From contig JBHLKY010000014.1 of assembly GCA_048886185.1 (NCBI GenBank), positions 30,001 to 62,000 on the forward strand: a stretch of DNA of 32,000 bases, given 5' to 3'. A program made the position numbers and the translations under genes. Source of the stretch: Candidatus Hermodarchaeota archaeon (GTDB taxonomy: Archaea; Asgardarchaeota; Heimdallarchaeia; Hodarchaeales; Hodarchaeaceae). Below, piece after piece: positions 17,210 through 26,732 of the stretch; position 1 is the stretch's first letter, and every line of letters begins with the position of its first letter. The notes below the pieces were generated by a model. That model made no database searches. It saw only the letters and a list, made by a program, of their open reading frames with translations, and was not told the DNA's origin.

Positions 17210-19297
17210 ATGCAAAAATTAGCTAATAAGAAATATGTTGTTTGTCCTGCGTGGCCTTATGTTAATGCTATCCCTCATCTTGGTACCGTTTTACATTTAT
17301 TAGGTGCGGACATTTATGTTCGCTATTTAAAATTAAGAGGGGCAGATGTGATTTCAGCTACTGGTTCTGACTGTCATGGTACTCCTATTGAAGTCGCTGC
17401 TCTTGAAGCTGGTGTTTCTCCCCAGGAATTAGTTGATCAAAATCATACCCAAATTATCGATCTCCTTCAAAGGTGGAATATTAATTTGAACTATTCAAAA
17501 ACTGCGAATCCCTTCCATTATGAGTGGGTTCAAGATTTCTATCGCCGCTGTTATGAGAATGGATACATCTTCTCACAAGAAGTGGAACAGCTTTATTGTG
17601 AGCATGATGGGCGTTTTCTCCCTGATCGTTTTGTAGAGGGTACTTGCCCTCATTGTGGTACAATCGGAGCTCGTGGTGATCAGTGTGACGCTCCTTCTTG
17701 CGGTAAACCACTGCAGCCCATCGAATTAATTGATCCTTATTGTAAAATTTGTGCTAATCCACCGATTGTTAAATCGACCACTCATTGGTATTATGATTTT
17801 AGTGCTTTTCAGGATCAACTTGCTAAGTATATTCGTCAAAACAAGCAATTACCTGAAAATGCTCGGAAATTCTCTGAAAATATTCTGGATGAAGGCTTAC
17901 AGGCTCGTACCCTGACCCGTGATCTAGCTTGGGGGATTCCTGCAGATAAAGCTATCCCTGAAGCTACTGGAAAATCTATTTATGTGTGGTTAGAGGCAGT
18001 TCTTGGGTATGTCTCAGCTTCCGCGGAACTTGGGGTAAGAGAAAACAATGATCCTGACTTTTGGAAAAAATATTGGTTAGATCAAGACACAAGAACGGTT
18101 TTCTTTATTGGGAAGGATAATATTTTCTTTCATACCTTACTCTTTCCAGCTCTTCTTCTCGGAACTGAGGAAAGTTACGGCAAATCCTTTGTTCTTCCTT
18201 ATAATGTAAGTACGACAGAATTTTTAAACTTTGAGGATAGAAAATTTAGTAAATCCCAAGGAGTAGGTATTTGGATAGATGATGCTGTAGCACTTCTTCC
18301 TACTGATTATTGGCGATATTATTTAGCAGCAACTCGTCCTGAAACTAAAGACACCAATTTTACTTGGGAAGAATTTGAGCAACGAATTAACAGTGATCTT
18401 AATGATGTTTTAGGGAATTATATTCACCGTATTTTTGTGTTACTCCATAAATATTGTGAGGGGAAGATTCCCGAATGTCATCGTCTTAGTGAGATTGATC
18501 GTGACTTTGTTACCGCTATTCACACTGTTCCTGAAACTGTAGCTGATTTTTTTGACCAATTTGAATTTAAAAAGGCAGTTTCTGCAATAATTGATTTTGC
18601 CCGAATTGCTAACACCTATCTCAGCACCAAGGAACCTTGGAAACTAGTGGATACGGATTTTAGTACGGTTGAAACTACTTTGTTTCTCTGTGTTCAGTCT
18701 CTTCAAACCCTTAGTACTCTTTTGTCCCCTATTATACCAGAAACGAGTGAAAAAATCTGGAGTACTCTTAATCAAGAGGGAAAAGTAGCGGAGCAAGATT
18801 TTGATGAAGCAGGTAAGCTCAAGCTTCAACCAGGTGTTCTAATTCAAGAGTCCAAACCACTATTCTCAAAAATAGATATTGAAGACCTTCAAACACGTCT
18901 TCAAGAGCTGAGAATAAAGGAGCAAACGGATTTAAAAGAGGAAATGATTGTGTCAGACAAGAACCAAAGTCTTATTCCCTTTAATGATTTTCAGAAATTA
19001 GATATTCGTATTGGTACTATTGTTACTGCCGAAAAAATTCCCAAAACAGAGAACTTACTAAAACTCCAAGTTGATCTTGGTTCAGAAATAGGCCAACGAC
19101 AACTAGTTGCTGGTTTGGCTGCCTTTAGGGAAGTAAATGATCTGATTGGACAACGTTTAACTGTTATTGTTAATTTAGAACCAGCTACCATTCGTGGAGT
19201 TCGTTCAGAGGGAATGTTGTTAGCTGCAGTTGAGGGGAAAAAATTAGGCTTGCTTGTCCCAGATCAGGATGTTCCAGATGGCACTCGAATAAGCTAA
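17210..19297 (+). CDS. metG: Methionine--tRNA ligase with C-terminal tRNA-binding OB domain
   Basis: PYVNAIPHLG (HIGH), Zn knuckles, FFIGKDNIFFH, KFSKS (KMSKS), DYWRYYL, DIRIGTIV. Start reassigned from GTG 17027 to the in-frame ATG 17210. Confidence 0.97.
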   Translation: MQKLANKKYVVCPAWPYVNAIPHLGTVLHLLGADIYVRYLKLRGADVISATGSDCHGTPIEVAALEAGVSPQELVDQNHTQIIDLLQRWNINLNYSKTANPFHYEWVQDFYRRCYENGYIFSQEVEQLYCEHDGRFLPDRFVEGTCPHCGTIGARGDQCDAPSCGKPLQPIELIDPYCKICANPPIVKSTTHWYYDFSAFQDQLAKYIRQNKQLPENARKFSENILDEGLQARTLTRDLAWGIPADKAIPEATGKSIYVWLEAVLGYVSASAELGVRENNDPDFWKKYWLDQDTRTVFFIGKDNIFFHTLLFPALLLGTEESYGKSFVLPYNVSTTEFLNFEDRKFSKSQGVGIWIDDAVALLPTDYWRYYLAATRPETKDTNFTWEEFEQRINSDLNDVLGNYIHRIFVLLHKYCEGKIPECHRLSEIDRDFVTAIHTVPETVADFFDQFEFKKAVSAIIDFARIANTYLSTKEPWKLVDTDFSTVETTLFLCVQSLQTLSTLLSPIIPETSEKIWSTLNQEGKVAEQDFDEAGKLKLQPGVLIQESKPLFSKIDIEDLQTRLQELRIKEQTDLKEEMIVSDKNQSLIPFNDFQKLDIRIGTIVTAEKIPKTENLLKLQVDLGSEIGQRQLVAGLAAFREVNDLIGQRLTVIVNLEPATIRGVRSEGMLLAAVEGKKLGLLVPDQDVPDGTRIS

Positions 19298-19411
19298 CTT
19301 TTTTAACCCATTCTTTTCTAATCATCGTATTCTGATGTCAAATCGACTTACTAATGTAGTAACAATTTAGAAACTAATTTACTTGTGATGATAAGAAATT
19401 GAAGGAAGTAG

Positions 19412-20548
19412 ATGAGAATGGATAACTGGGATCTCGTTATTTTTGAAACTCCTGATAAAAAAGCTGTTCTTAACCGTTTTCGCCTTACTGAAAAAACAAT
19501 GTCTGCAGCAGGCCAGCATGGTATGGCTACTATCTTAGAAGATGACAATGGTAAAGAATGGCTTCTCAAGACCTTTGCAAATATCATCGATTTTGAATTG
19601 AAGGAGATTTTAGATTTGGAGGTTGACCTTAAAGAATCTCCTGAGGATAGTCGGGATCGAATGCATCTATGGCGAACATTTAATGAGCTTACAGCTTCAC
19701 GTTTGGGCCGTCGCTTACGTCTCAATGTTCCTGAAGCTCTCATTGTTTGCTCCCAACAGATTGCGGATCATCCTCTTGAAAAGAGCTCAGCATTGCCACT
19801 TGGTGATGTAATCATTCTTGATGAAGATGAAGAAGCAGAAACTGCGGAAGAGTATTACGAGTTTTCCCAGCGAGAAACGTATTCTTTAGAAACCTCGTCT
19901 AGGTTTGAACAGATTTTAGCTGCTAAAAGCGGACGTGGTGACCCTTCAGTAGTACTTGCTTTACTTCTTGAAAAAATTTCCAATACAATTAATCTTGATG
20001 AATTTCTGGACTCCCTTGAAGGAGATTTGGATGGAGCTTTTGCTACCATTCAGCAAGTGGATGATGGCTACTCTCTCCTACCATTTGATATTTGGTTAAA
20101 TGATCCGGATAGAAACGCAGGGAATTATTTAGTACAATTAGATGAATCTAAACAAATACATAAGATTTGGGGTATTGATTATGAAATGTGGGCCTTAGGG
20201 TCTGATATTTGGATGGAAGAGGATGAGATAACACAAGGCCGAAGCTATTTAACCGCAATTATTCATCCTAAGAGCAATATTTTTGATCCAAGAATAAATC
20301 AAACTGTTTATCGGATTCGAAATCTATCTGATGATGATCTTTCTGCAATGACCCGAATGCCCCAATTAGCATGTAAATATTTTGAGTATCATATTGGTCA
20401 TAAGAATCTTGAACCCGATGAAAGGATTAAGCTAAAACAGGTGGAAACAAATTTAGAAGATTTTTTGATTGAATCAAGACCTCGATCTGATAAATTAAGC
20501 GATATTCTTGTTAGGCAGATCGGGCTTCCAGATGATTTTGAATCCTAA
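19412..20548 (+). CDS. Atypical kinase of the HipA-like / PI3-PI4 kinase fold
   Basis: WLLKT (ATP-site Lys), NELTASRLG...LNVP, FDIWLNDPDRNAGN (catalytic loop), IWGIDYE (DFG equivalent). Confidence 0.75.
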   Translation: MRMDNWDLVIFETPDKKAVLNRFRLTEKTMSAAGQHGMATILEDDNGKEWLLKTFANIIDFELKEILDLEVDLKESPEDSRDRMHLWRTFNELTASRLGRRLRLNVPEALIVCSQQIADHPLEKSSALPLGDVIILDEDEEAETAEEYYEFSQRETYSLETSSRFEQILAAKSGRGDPSVVLALLLEKISNTINLDEFLDSLEGDLDGAFATIQQVDDGYSLLPFDIWLNDPDRNAGNYLVQLDESKQIHKIWGIDYEMWALGSDIWMEEDEITQGRSYLTAIIHPKSNIFDPRINQTVYRIRNLSDDDLSAMTRMPQLACKYFEYHIGHKNLEPDERIKLKQVETNLEDFLIESRPRSDKLSDILVRQIGLPDDFES

Positions 20549-20578
20549 ATGATTAAATCCTTCAATTTCCTCGTTTTA

Positions 20579-21529
20579 TTAAGGGTTTGAATAATCTAAC
20601 TTTTCTTGGGTAATTTCTCCATTCAGTACTCTAAAAGCTTTCTTAGCAAACTTTCTCCTTTCTTCAGATTCACTTTTAAGGGCCATTTGTCTCCAAAAGG
20701 AAGGAATTATTGCTGTTGCGAGGAAAGATCCCAATTGTTGGAGAATTTGGTCACGATTTAAAGGTAAAACTGATTGAGAAAGAATTTCTTGATTAACAAA
20801 GTCAACCCAGTCAGCAGCCACCAAAAAAAGTAATTTTGAATGATTAAACGAGAGTTGTAACCCTACAGGACTCCAACATAACCAATAAATGACTGCATTA
20901 ATTATTGTTGCCATTTCTTTTATTGTAGAATCTTCTGTTTGTAAAAGAAATCTCTCCAAAGATTGGGGAACAAGATTCAAGTTCTTAATTTCATTGCGTA
21001 AATCATGGATATCTATACGGTCAAAAAATGAAATCTCTTCAGAAAGTCTTTTCATTGGAATGTTATTGAATGGATTTTGTTTATCAATCTGTTCTCCCAG
21101 ATAATTTTTGTAATTTAATTGTGATTTGCTTAATAGTCTTTCAAGTTCTTGATCTGAAATACGATTATCTGGATTTGCTATCCATTGAAACCCATTTCCC
21201 CTGCAAGGATTTATCCACACCAAAATAAGATCTGGTTTCATTTTCCAAAAGATTAGAGGATAAATTTGACATATTAATGGTTTATTTGGAGTATTATGAA
21301 GTATACACAGCCCGTGAGAATTCAGAAAAGGGCACCTATCTCCCCGAAGTAGCCAACTTCCCTCTACTGAATGGTGTATGAAAATATTGCAAAAAGGATA
21401 TTTTTGTCGTAATATTTCAGTTTCTTGGGGTAATAATGGTAGTTCATATTCTGTAGCACAACATTTATGATGACATTCTAAACAAAAATAACCTGTGGCT
21501 GATGAAAAACCTCGGATGATTCTCTTCAT
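20579..21529 (-). CDS. YkgJ / CxxCxxCC-family cysteine-cluster (Fe-S or Zn) protein with helical C-terminal extension
   Basis: CLECHHKCC, CPFL, CILH, KPLICQIYPL, PC. Confidence 0.8.
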   Translation of the reverse strand: MKRIIRGFSSATGYFCLECHHKCCATEYELPLLPQETEILRQKYPFCNIFIHHSVEGSWLLRGDRCPFLNSHGLCILHNTPNKPLICQIYPLIFWKMKPDLILVWINPCRGNGFQWIANPDNRISDQELERLLSKSQLNYKNYLGEQIDKQNPFNNIPMKRLSEEISFFDRIDIHDLRNEIKNLNLVPQSLERFLLQTEDSTIKEMATIINAVIYWLCWSPVGLQLSFNHSKLLFLVAADWVDFVNQEILSQSVLPLNRDQILQQLGSFLATAIIPSFWRQMALKSESEERRKFAKKAFRVLNGEITQEKLDYSNP

Positions 21530-21580
21530 CCCACAAACTCCATTTATCTATCTTTCATTTAATGACTTTTTTTGTAAATG

Positions 21581-23359
21581 TTATTGATTAGTCTTCAACT
21601 CAAGTTTTGTTAGTTTTTCCTTAGTTGGTACACCGCTTTCATCCCAACCTCTAATTCTATAATATTCTAGAAGCATTTCCTGCAGTTTTGCTACTCGATT
21701 TCGCGAACCACCAACTGTTAAGGGTTCTCTCAATAATCGTATTGGTAATGTATCATCTTTCGCCCTAAAACCAGCTTTTAGATTGAAAATACGTTCTAAA
21801 TTCCAAATTCTCTCACCAATTTTCATGAATTCACTTTCTGAATATTCTTTTTCATGTACTACTGATAACATCCTCGCATAATCAACAGCAGAAAGGGCAA
21901 AGCTTGAAAACCTGCATAAAACCAGTGAGTCAACACCTGCAGAAAGATCTTGGAATACTCGTACAATACTTGCCTTTCCTGAAGAAGAAAAGCGATCCAT
22001 CGGAATTGGTGCCCCCAATACTTCCGTACTTATCATGTAACCACGAAGGTGACAACCCCCTCTATTAGATGTCGCATATGATAAACCTTGACCTTGAGCA
22101 CCTCTAGGATCATATGCAGGTAGTTCAAGGGATTTTACAGTCATTGAGAGATCTGGTTCTCCAAATTTCTCTGAAAATCTTCTAGAACCTTTACTTAATT
22201 CTGCTCCTATTCCTTCTTTGTAAGCAATTTGGGTAATGATTTTCTTTAATGAATCGACCTCGCCAAACTTAGGAAAATTAGAAACTCTATTCTTCTCAGA
22301 CAATTCCATGGCACAACCAATGGTATTTCCTGTAGATATAGTATCTAAACCTAATTGATTACAGAGATAATTGACTTTACAAATCAAAGCTAGGTCATTG
22401 TTTCCGATTTGAGATCCAAAAGCCCAAATAGTTTCAAATTCTGGTCCTTTTCCTTGTTCCTCTTCAGTTACTTTTGTTATACGTCCACACGCAATACTAC
22501 ACCCTGCACAAGCATGATTTTTAATAACATACAATTCCTTAAGCTTTTCCCCTGAAATACCAGGAGCATCATCAAATGTCCCTTCCTTAAAATTATTTGT
22601 TGCAAACATTCCTAATTCATTGACAACATTTACTAAAACTGATGTACCAAAAACTGGTAGAGCAGATTTAGTAACTGGATTTTTCCTTATGGCTAAAGTT
22701 AAGTGTTCTGATAAATCTTTCAATTCTTCATTCTTTTGAGGTCTTTGTCCCTTGACTACTATGGCTTTCAATTTTTTTGACCCCATAACCGCACCTATCC
22801 CACCACGGCCAAGGGCGTGACCCTTATCATTGATGATACAAGACATGAGGCCAATATTCTCACCTGCAGGCCCAATACAGGATACTCTTGCCTGTTTTTT
22901 TGTTATCTTTGTAAGTATATCAGTTGTCTCCCAAGTAGTTTTCCCTTTCAGCTGGGATGCTTTTCTTAGTTCAAAGGTTTCATCCTCAGCATCCAAGTAA
23001 AGGTAGCTAAGATCTGTTGCCACATCCTCAATGATTAGGGCAATAACTCCAAGATTTTTCAATTCTGAACCAAATCTTCCCCCTGAATTAGTATCAAATA
23101 TTGTTCCTGTCAATGGTGATTTTGATACTGCACAAAATCGGCCAGAGGTTGGAGCGTAGCTCCCAGTCAAAGGGCCAACAGCATATATTATTTTATTAGC
23201 TTGACTCAATGGGTCAACTTCAGGAGGAACCTCGTCCCACATGTATCTTACTCCCAAGCCTCTTCCACCAATATATTGTTCCAAGAGTCCTTTTGGTATT
23301 TCTTCCTTTGTTATTTTTTTAGTAGCCAAGTTACATCGGAGTAAGAACTGTTTTTCCAT
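21581..23359 (-). CDS. aor: Tungsten-dependent aldehyde:ferredoxin oxidoreductase
   Basis: YIGGRGLG, SPLTG, CIGPAGE, GRGGIGAVMGSKKLKA, CAGCSIAC, GPEFET, GLDTIS, NRGGCHL, YYRIRGWD. Confidence 0.95.
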   Translation of the reverse strand: MEKQFLLRCNLATKKITKEEIPKGLLEQYIGGRGLGVRYMWDEVPPEVDPLSQANKIIYAVGPLTGSYAPTSGRFCAVSKSPLTGTIFDTNSGGRFGSELKNLGVIALIIEDVATDLSYLYLDAEDETFELRKASQLKGKTTWETTDILTKITKKQARVSCIGPAGENIGLMSCIINDKGHALGRGGIGAVMGSKKLKAIVVKGQRPQKNEELKDLSEHLTLAIRKNPVTKSALPVFGTSVLVNVVNELGMFATNNFKEGTFDDAPGISGEKLKELYVIKNHACAGCSIACGRITKVTEEEQGKGPEFETIWAFGSQIGNNDLALICKVNYLCNQLGLDTISTGNTIGCAMELSEKNRVSNFPKFGEVDSLKKIITQIAYKEGIGAELSKGSRRFSEKFGEPDLSMTVKSLELPAYDPRGAQGQGLSYATSNRGGCHLRGYMISTEVLGAPIPMDRFSSSGKASIVRVFQDLSAGVDSLVLCRFSSFALSAVDYARMLSVVHEKEYSESEFMKIGERIWNLERIFNLKAGFRAKDDTLPIRLLREPLTVGGSRNRVAKLQEMLLEYYRIRGWDESGVPTKEKLTKLELKTNQ

Positions 23360-23394
23360 TTCACAAACCTCTTTAATATCTATATAAAGTGATT

Positions 23395-24264
23395 TTAATC
23401 ATAGAATTGGTTATAATTATTATACTGACATGTATGACACTTACTTTTATGATATGAATAATGTATTTCGTTCATTTTTCCAAAACTTGCTGCTCTTACT
23501 GGACATAAGTGACAGGGTATTTCATCTATAACCCACTCTTCGCTTAAAGACATCCACTTCAAGTTATTGATTATGTTAATACCAGCACTAGCGCCAATTC
23601 TAAATTTAAGAGGATCAAGAATAAGTCCACTAGCAATTATGACTCGGGCAGCATCAACATAGTTACTAATTCCTCCAGCTGCTTTTACACCCATATCAGA
23701 TCCTACTGTTTTCCTCATCAATTTTACATCATAAGGGAAAGAGCCATATGCACCAAATCCAGTTGAAGTCTTTACAAAGTCCGCACCAGCATCTTTACTG
23801 AGTTTACACGCCTTAATCTTTTCTTCATCAGTAAGATAACAAGCTTCAATAATGACTTTTACTAATGCCTTATCTGCAGCGCTTACTACAGTCTCAATAT
23901 CAGTTTGGACATACTTATATTCGCCACTTTTTAACATACCAACATTAATGACCATATCGACTTCGTTAGCACCATTTTTGACTGCAGTTTTCGTCTCATA
24001 AGCTTTTGAATCGGTATCCATCATCCCTAGGGGAAAACCAACAACAGAACAGATTTTAATATTCGTATTCTTAAGAGTTTCAACAGCTAATGGAATATAA
24101 GAAGAATTAACACAAACAGAGTAAAAATTGTATTGAATTGCTTCTTGACATAGATTTCTTATTGCTTGAGGCCCTTCCCATGCTGATAGTTTAGTATGAT
24201 CTATCAATTGAGCCATTTGGGCTGGAGTAACATCAAGTTTAAAACCTTTAAAATCAATATCCAT
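23395..24264 (-). CDS. deoC: Deoxyribose-phosphate aldolase with C-terminal Cys-rich extension
   Basis: IDHTKL, SVVGFPLG, GANEVDMVIN, KVIIE, FVKTSTG (Schiff-base Lys), GVKAAGGI, RIGAS. Confidence 0.95.
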   Translation of the reverse strand: MDIDFKGFKLDVTPAQMAQLIDHTKLSAWEGPQAIRNLCQEAIQYNFYSVCVNSSYIPLAVETLKNTNIKICSVVGFPLGMMDTDSKAYETKTAVKNGANEVDMVINVGMLKSGEYKYVQTDIETVVSAADKALVKVIIEACYLTDEEKIKACKLSKDAGADFVKTSTGFGAYGSFPYDVKLMRKTVGSDMGVKAAGGISNYVDAARVIIASGLILDPLKFRIGASAGINIINNLKWMSLSEEWVIDEIPCHLCPVRAASFGKMNEIHYSYHKSKCHTCQYNNYNQFYD

Positions 24265-24542
24265 TGGATTGTTACAACTCCTTTCTCATTTTTTTAAGAA
24301 TTTTTGCATAAATCCTTCTTTCTTTAGATTATATCTTATTGAGCCAGCTTTATTAGAGAATAAGATATGAAAAACTCTCAAGCATTACAATGAATTGGTT
24401 TTCAATGCCTAGAATACATAAATGATTTGGTTTGTTTTAATTAACCTATGTTGGGTTTTTATTCTAGAATTATATAGTAATACTTTTGAATTAATGATAA
24501 GTAAGGTTTACATAACTCAATTAACATTGGAAGAATATAAAA

Positions 24543-24725
24543 ATGGCAGGTAGTCACGGTTCTCTTACAAAAGCTGGAAAAGTCAGAAATCAAACCCCAA
24601 AAGTTGAAGCACGACCCCGAAAAGGTCTTATTCCAAGCTTACGTAATAAAAAAAATTATTTCAAGCGGGTAGAAAGAGGGATACCAGCTGGTCAACCTGA
24701 ATATCGACCTGATAGTCGTAGATAA
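24543..24725 (+). CDS. rps30e: Ribosomal protein eS30
   Basis: [18 protein letters not shown] signature. Confidence 0.97.
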   Translation: MAGSHGSLTKAGKVRNQTPKVEARPRKGLIPSLRNKKNYFKRVERGIPAGQPEYRPDSRR

Positions 24726-24732
24726 CGATTAA

Positions 24733-24978
24733 TCATTTTGACAATATTCGTTGGCCACATCGTTCACAAAATTTTCCTTCAGGATGAATTACCGCACCGC
24801 ATTTTCTGCAATAACGAGTAATTCTATTTTTATTTTCTCTCTCATCATCATAATATTGACGCCACGCTGATTTATGAGGATCTTCACCTTTCTTTTCAGT
24901 GTATTCAAACCAAAATGATTTTTTTGCTTTTTTTGGTTTTTTTTGATACTCCTTTGTATCAGTTATATTATTCACCAC
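24733..24978 (-). CDS. Small basic zinc-ribbon protein
   Basis: C-terminal CRKCG...FCERCG. Confidence 0.65.
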   Translation of the reverse strand: MVNNITDTKEYQKKPKKAKKSFWFEYTEKKGEDPHKSAWRQYYDDERENKNRITRYCRKCGAVIHPEGKFCERCGQRILSK

Positions 24979-25185
24979 ACTTCTTATCCTTTCTAAGGAT
25001 ATAATTCACTATATACTTAAAAAATCTTATTATCACAGAACTCAGAATTAACAGCTAATTTACCAAAATTGTGATAAAAATTCCATTATAGAATAGAAGG
25101 AATTAGAATAGGCTGTAAAAACTTTTCTAAGGATTATTGTTATTTATTCCTCCTTAAAAGATTGACTTCAAATGAGAAAGAATGA

Positions 25186-25280
25186 TAGCGGCCGGAGGAT
25201 TTGAACCATCCGATCTCGGGGTTTCTCAAGATAAAATTCTTTATGAGCCCCGCGGGATAACCTAGCTACCCTAGGCCGCT
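25186..25280 (-). tRNA. Initiator tRNA-Met(CAU) with 19-nt intron at 37/38 (25223-25241)
   Basis: Acceptor AGCGGCC/GGCCGCT (A1-U72), G11-C24, anticodon stem CGGGG/CCCCG with three G-C pairs, anticodon CAT at 25245-25243, BHB helix CTCA/TGAG, T-loop TTCAAAT. CCA not encoded. Confidence 0.93.
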
Positions 25281-25534
25281 TCATTATTCATACCATTTTC
25301 TAGATTGATTAAAGTTCTCTTTTCGTTTATAAAAATTCTCACTTATTTCGATTTATTGTCAGATTTACGTTATAATAAAAGGTCATTGTCTGTTTTAAAT
25401 TTTTCCTCTCTTTAATTTACAACACGTATTAAATTTATTAATATTGCAGTACTAAGTCCCAAACCAAAGGATCAATTAACAATTTTCATGTAAGCCTGCA
25501 ATTTTTCGAATAAAACAGAAATTCAGCCAAGAAA

Positions 25535-25894
25535 TTATTCAAAGAAAAAAGCCTTGAACTCTGTATCCTGTTGAAGCAATTCAGTAACTTGTAGTCCAAG
25601 AGGGGTCAATTGCCAACCTTGTTCTCCTCTTTCGACCAACCCAAGCTCGAGTAATGACCTACTATACTTACCTGTTCGAATATGACTTCTAATTGTGTCC
25701 AATCCTACCCCAATGATTTTACTCAGTCTTTTATAGCCTACCGAGTCTCGATATAATTCAATTAAGATCCTTTTTTTGGTTCTCCCAAGTCTCTCCATCA
25801 TCTGAATGGGATCTAAACTCTTTTCTAGGTCTACCTCCTGTTCATTATTCGTTAAACTTGTATTTGTCATGTCCTTGGATTCTTTATCAGACAT
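25535..25894 (-). CDS. Winged helix-turn-helix DNA-binding protein
   Basis: RILIEL...YKRLSKIIGVGLDTIRSHI...LLELGLVE...WQLTPLG. Confidence 0.75.
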   Translation of the reverse strand: MSDKESKDMTNTSLTNNEQEVDLEKSLDPIQMMERLGRTKKRILIELYRDSVGYKRLSKIIGVGLDTIRSHIRTGKYSRSLLELGLVERGEQGWQLTPLGLQVTELLQQDTEFKAFFFE

Positions 25895-25942
25895 TTTACT
25901 TTCTCTCGATAGATATATAAATAGGGATTGTAACTAAACCGA

Positions 25943-26245
25943 TTAAACACGTGCAATTTCGGTTCTTCTGGCTCTTGGTCTACTACGTATCAACTTTTTT
26001 CCGCATTCAGGACAAGTGAGACGAAGATCGACTTTTTTTGTTGTTTTGGAAGTCATATTTCTTGATGCAATTGGCCTACGAGAATATCTCCCTTTATTTC
26101 CGATACGACTCGTCCATCGAGCCATCCTTCGACTCCCTCGACTCATACCTCCACCACGCTGTTTAGCTTTCTCAATCTTAACATTATGTGCTGTATATTT
26201 ATTACAATATGGACAGAAAGTTCGCATTTTAGCAGGAATTTTCAT
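25943..26245 (-). CDS. rpl44e: Ribosomal protein eL42 (L44e)
   Basis: MKIPAKMRTFCPYCNKYTAH, KTTKKVDLRLTCPECGK. Confidence 0.97.
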   Translation of the reverse strand: MKIPAKMRTFCPYCNKYTAHNVKIEKAKQRGGGMSRGSRRMARWTSRIGNKGRYSRRPIASRNMTSKTTKKVDLRLTCPECGKKLIRSRPRARRTEIARV

Positions 26246-26633
26246 CCTAGAGTCTCTCCATTCCTTATAATGGATTCATTGTTTTTCATAGTATCGCTGG
26301 GTGTCATAAATTCATTTCTACATTTATGTTAAAAATTAAATGTTTTTAGAGATATTAGTGTTTAGCTATTTTTTATAGATGGAACTCGATAGAATTTCCT
26401 TTCTTATACCTCTAGTAGAGCTCAATAAATATTTCTCTTAAGCAAATTGATATAAGAGCACATTATTTTTCTTTTTATAAAAATATTTCATCGCATATTA
26501 AATTTTCTTCCTTAAGAGAACTGTTTTTGTTACCTTTAGGTATGTTTTGACGAATTTTTCCCCCTATCACGACAAAAAAGGTGAAATAACATTCTTTCCT
26601 TCCCAAATATGTTTCTGATTTTTGTGTTTTTTC

Positions 26634-26668
26634 TTTTATAAAACAAAAGTCTTTTACTAGTGTAAAAG
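26634..26668 (+). promoter_or_regulatory. TATA box plus palindromic operator-like site upstream of the signal peptidase gene
   Basis: TTTTATAAAA at 26634-26643 followed by the inverted repeat CTTTTAC-TAGT-GTAAAAG at 26651-26668. Confidence 0.4.
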
Positions 26669-26732
26669 AGAATAGTTATCATCAAGCGATACTTCTAAAA
26701 GCTTCTGACAAGAGTCCATCAATTGATAAAGA

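Noticed and set aside
24543-24725. Possible ubiquitin-like fusion to eS30
   Set aside because: The ORF begins directly with the eS30 sequence and no upstream in-frame Ubl is seen.
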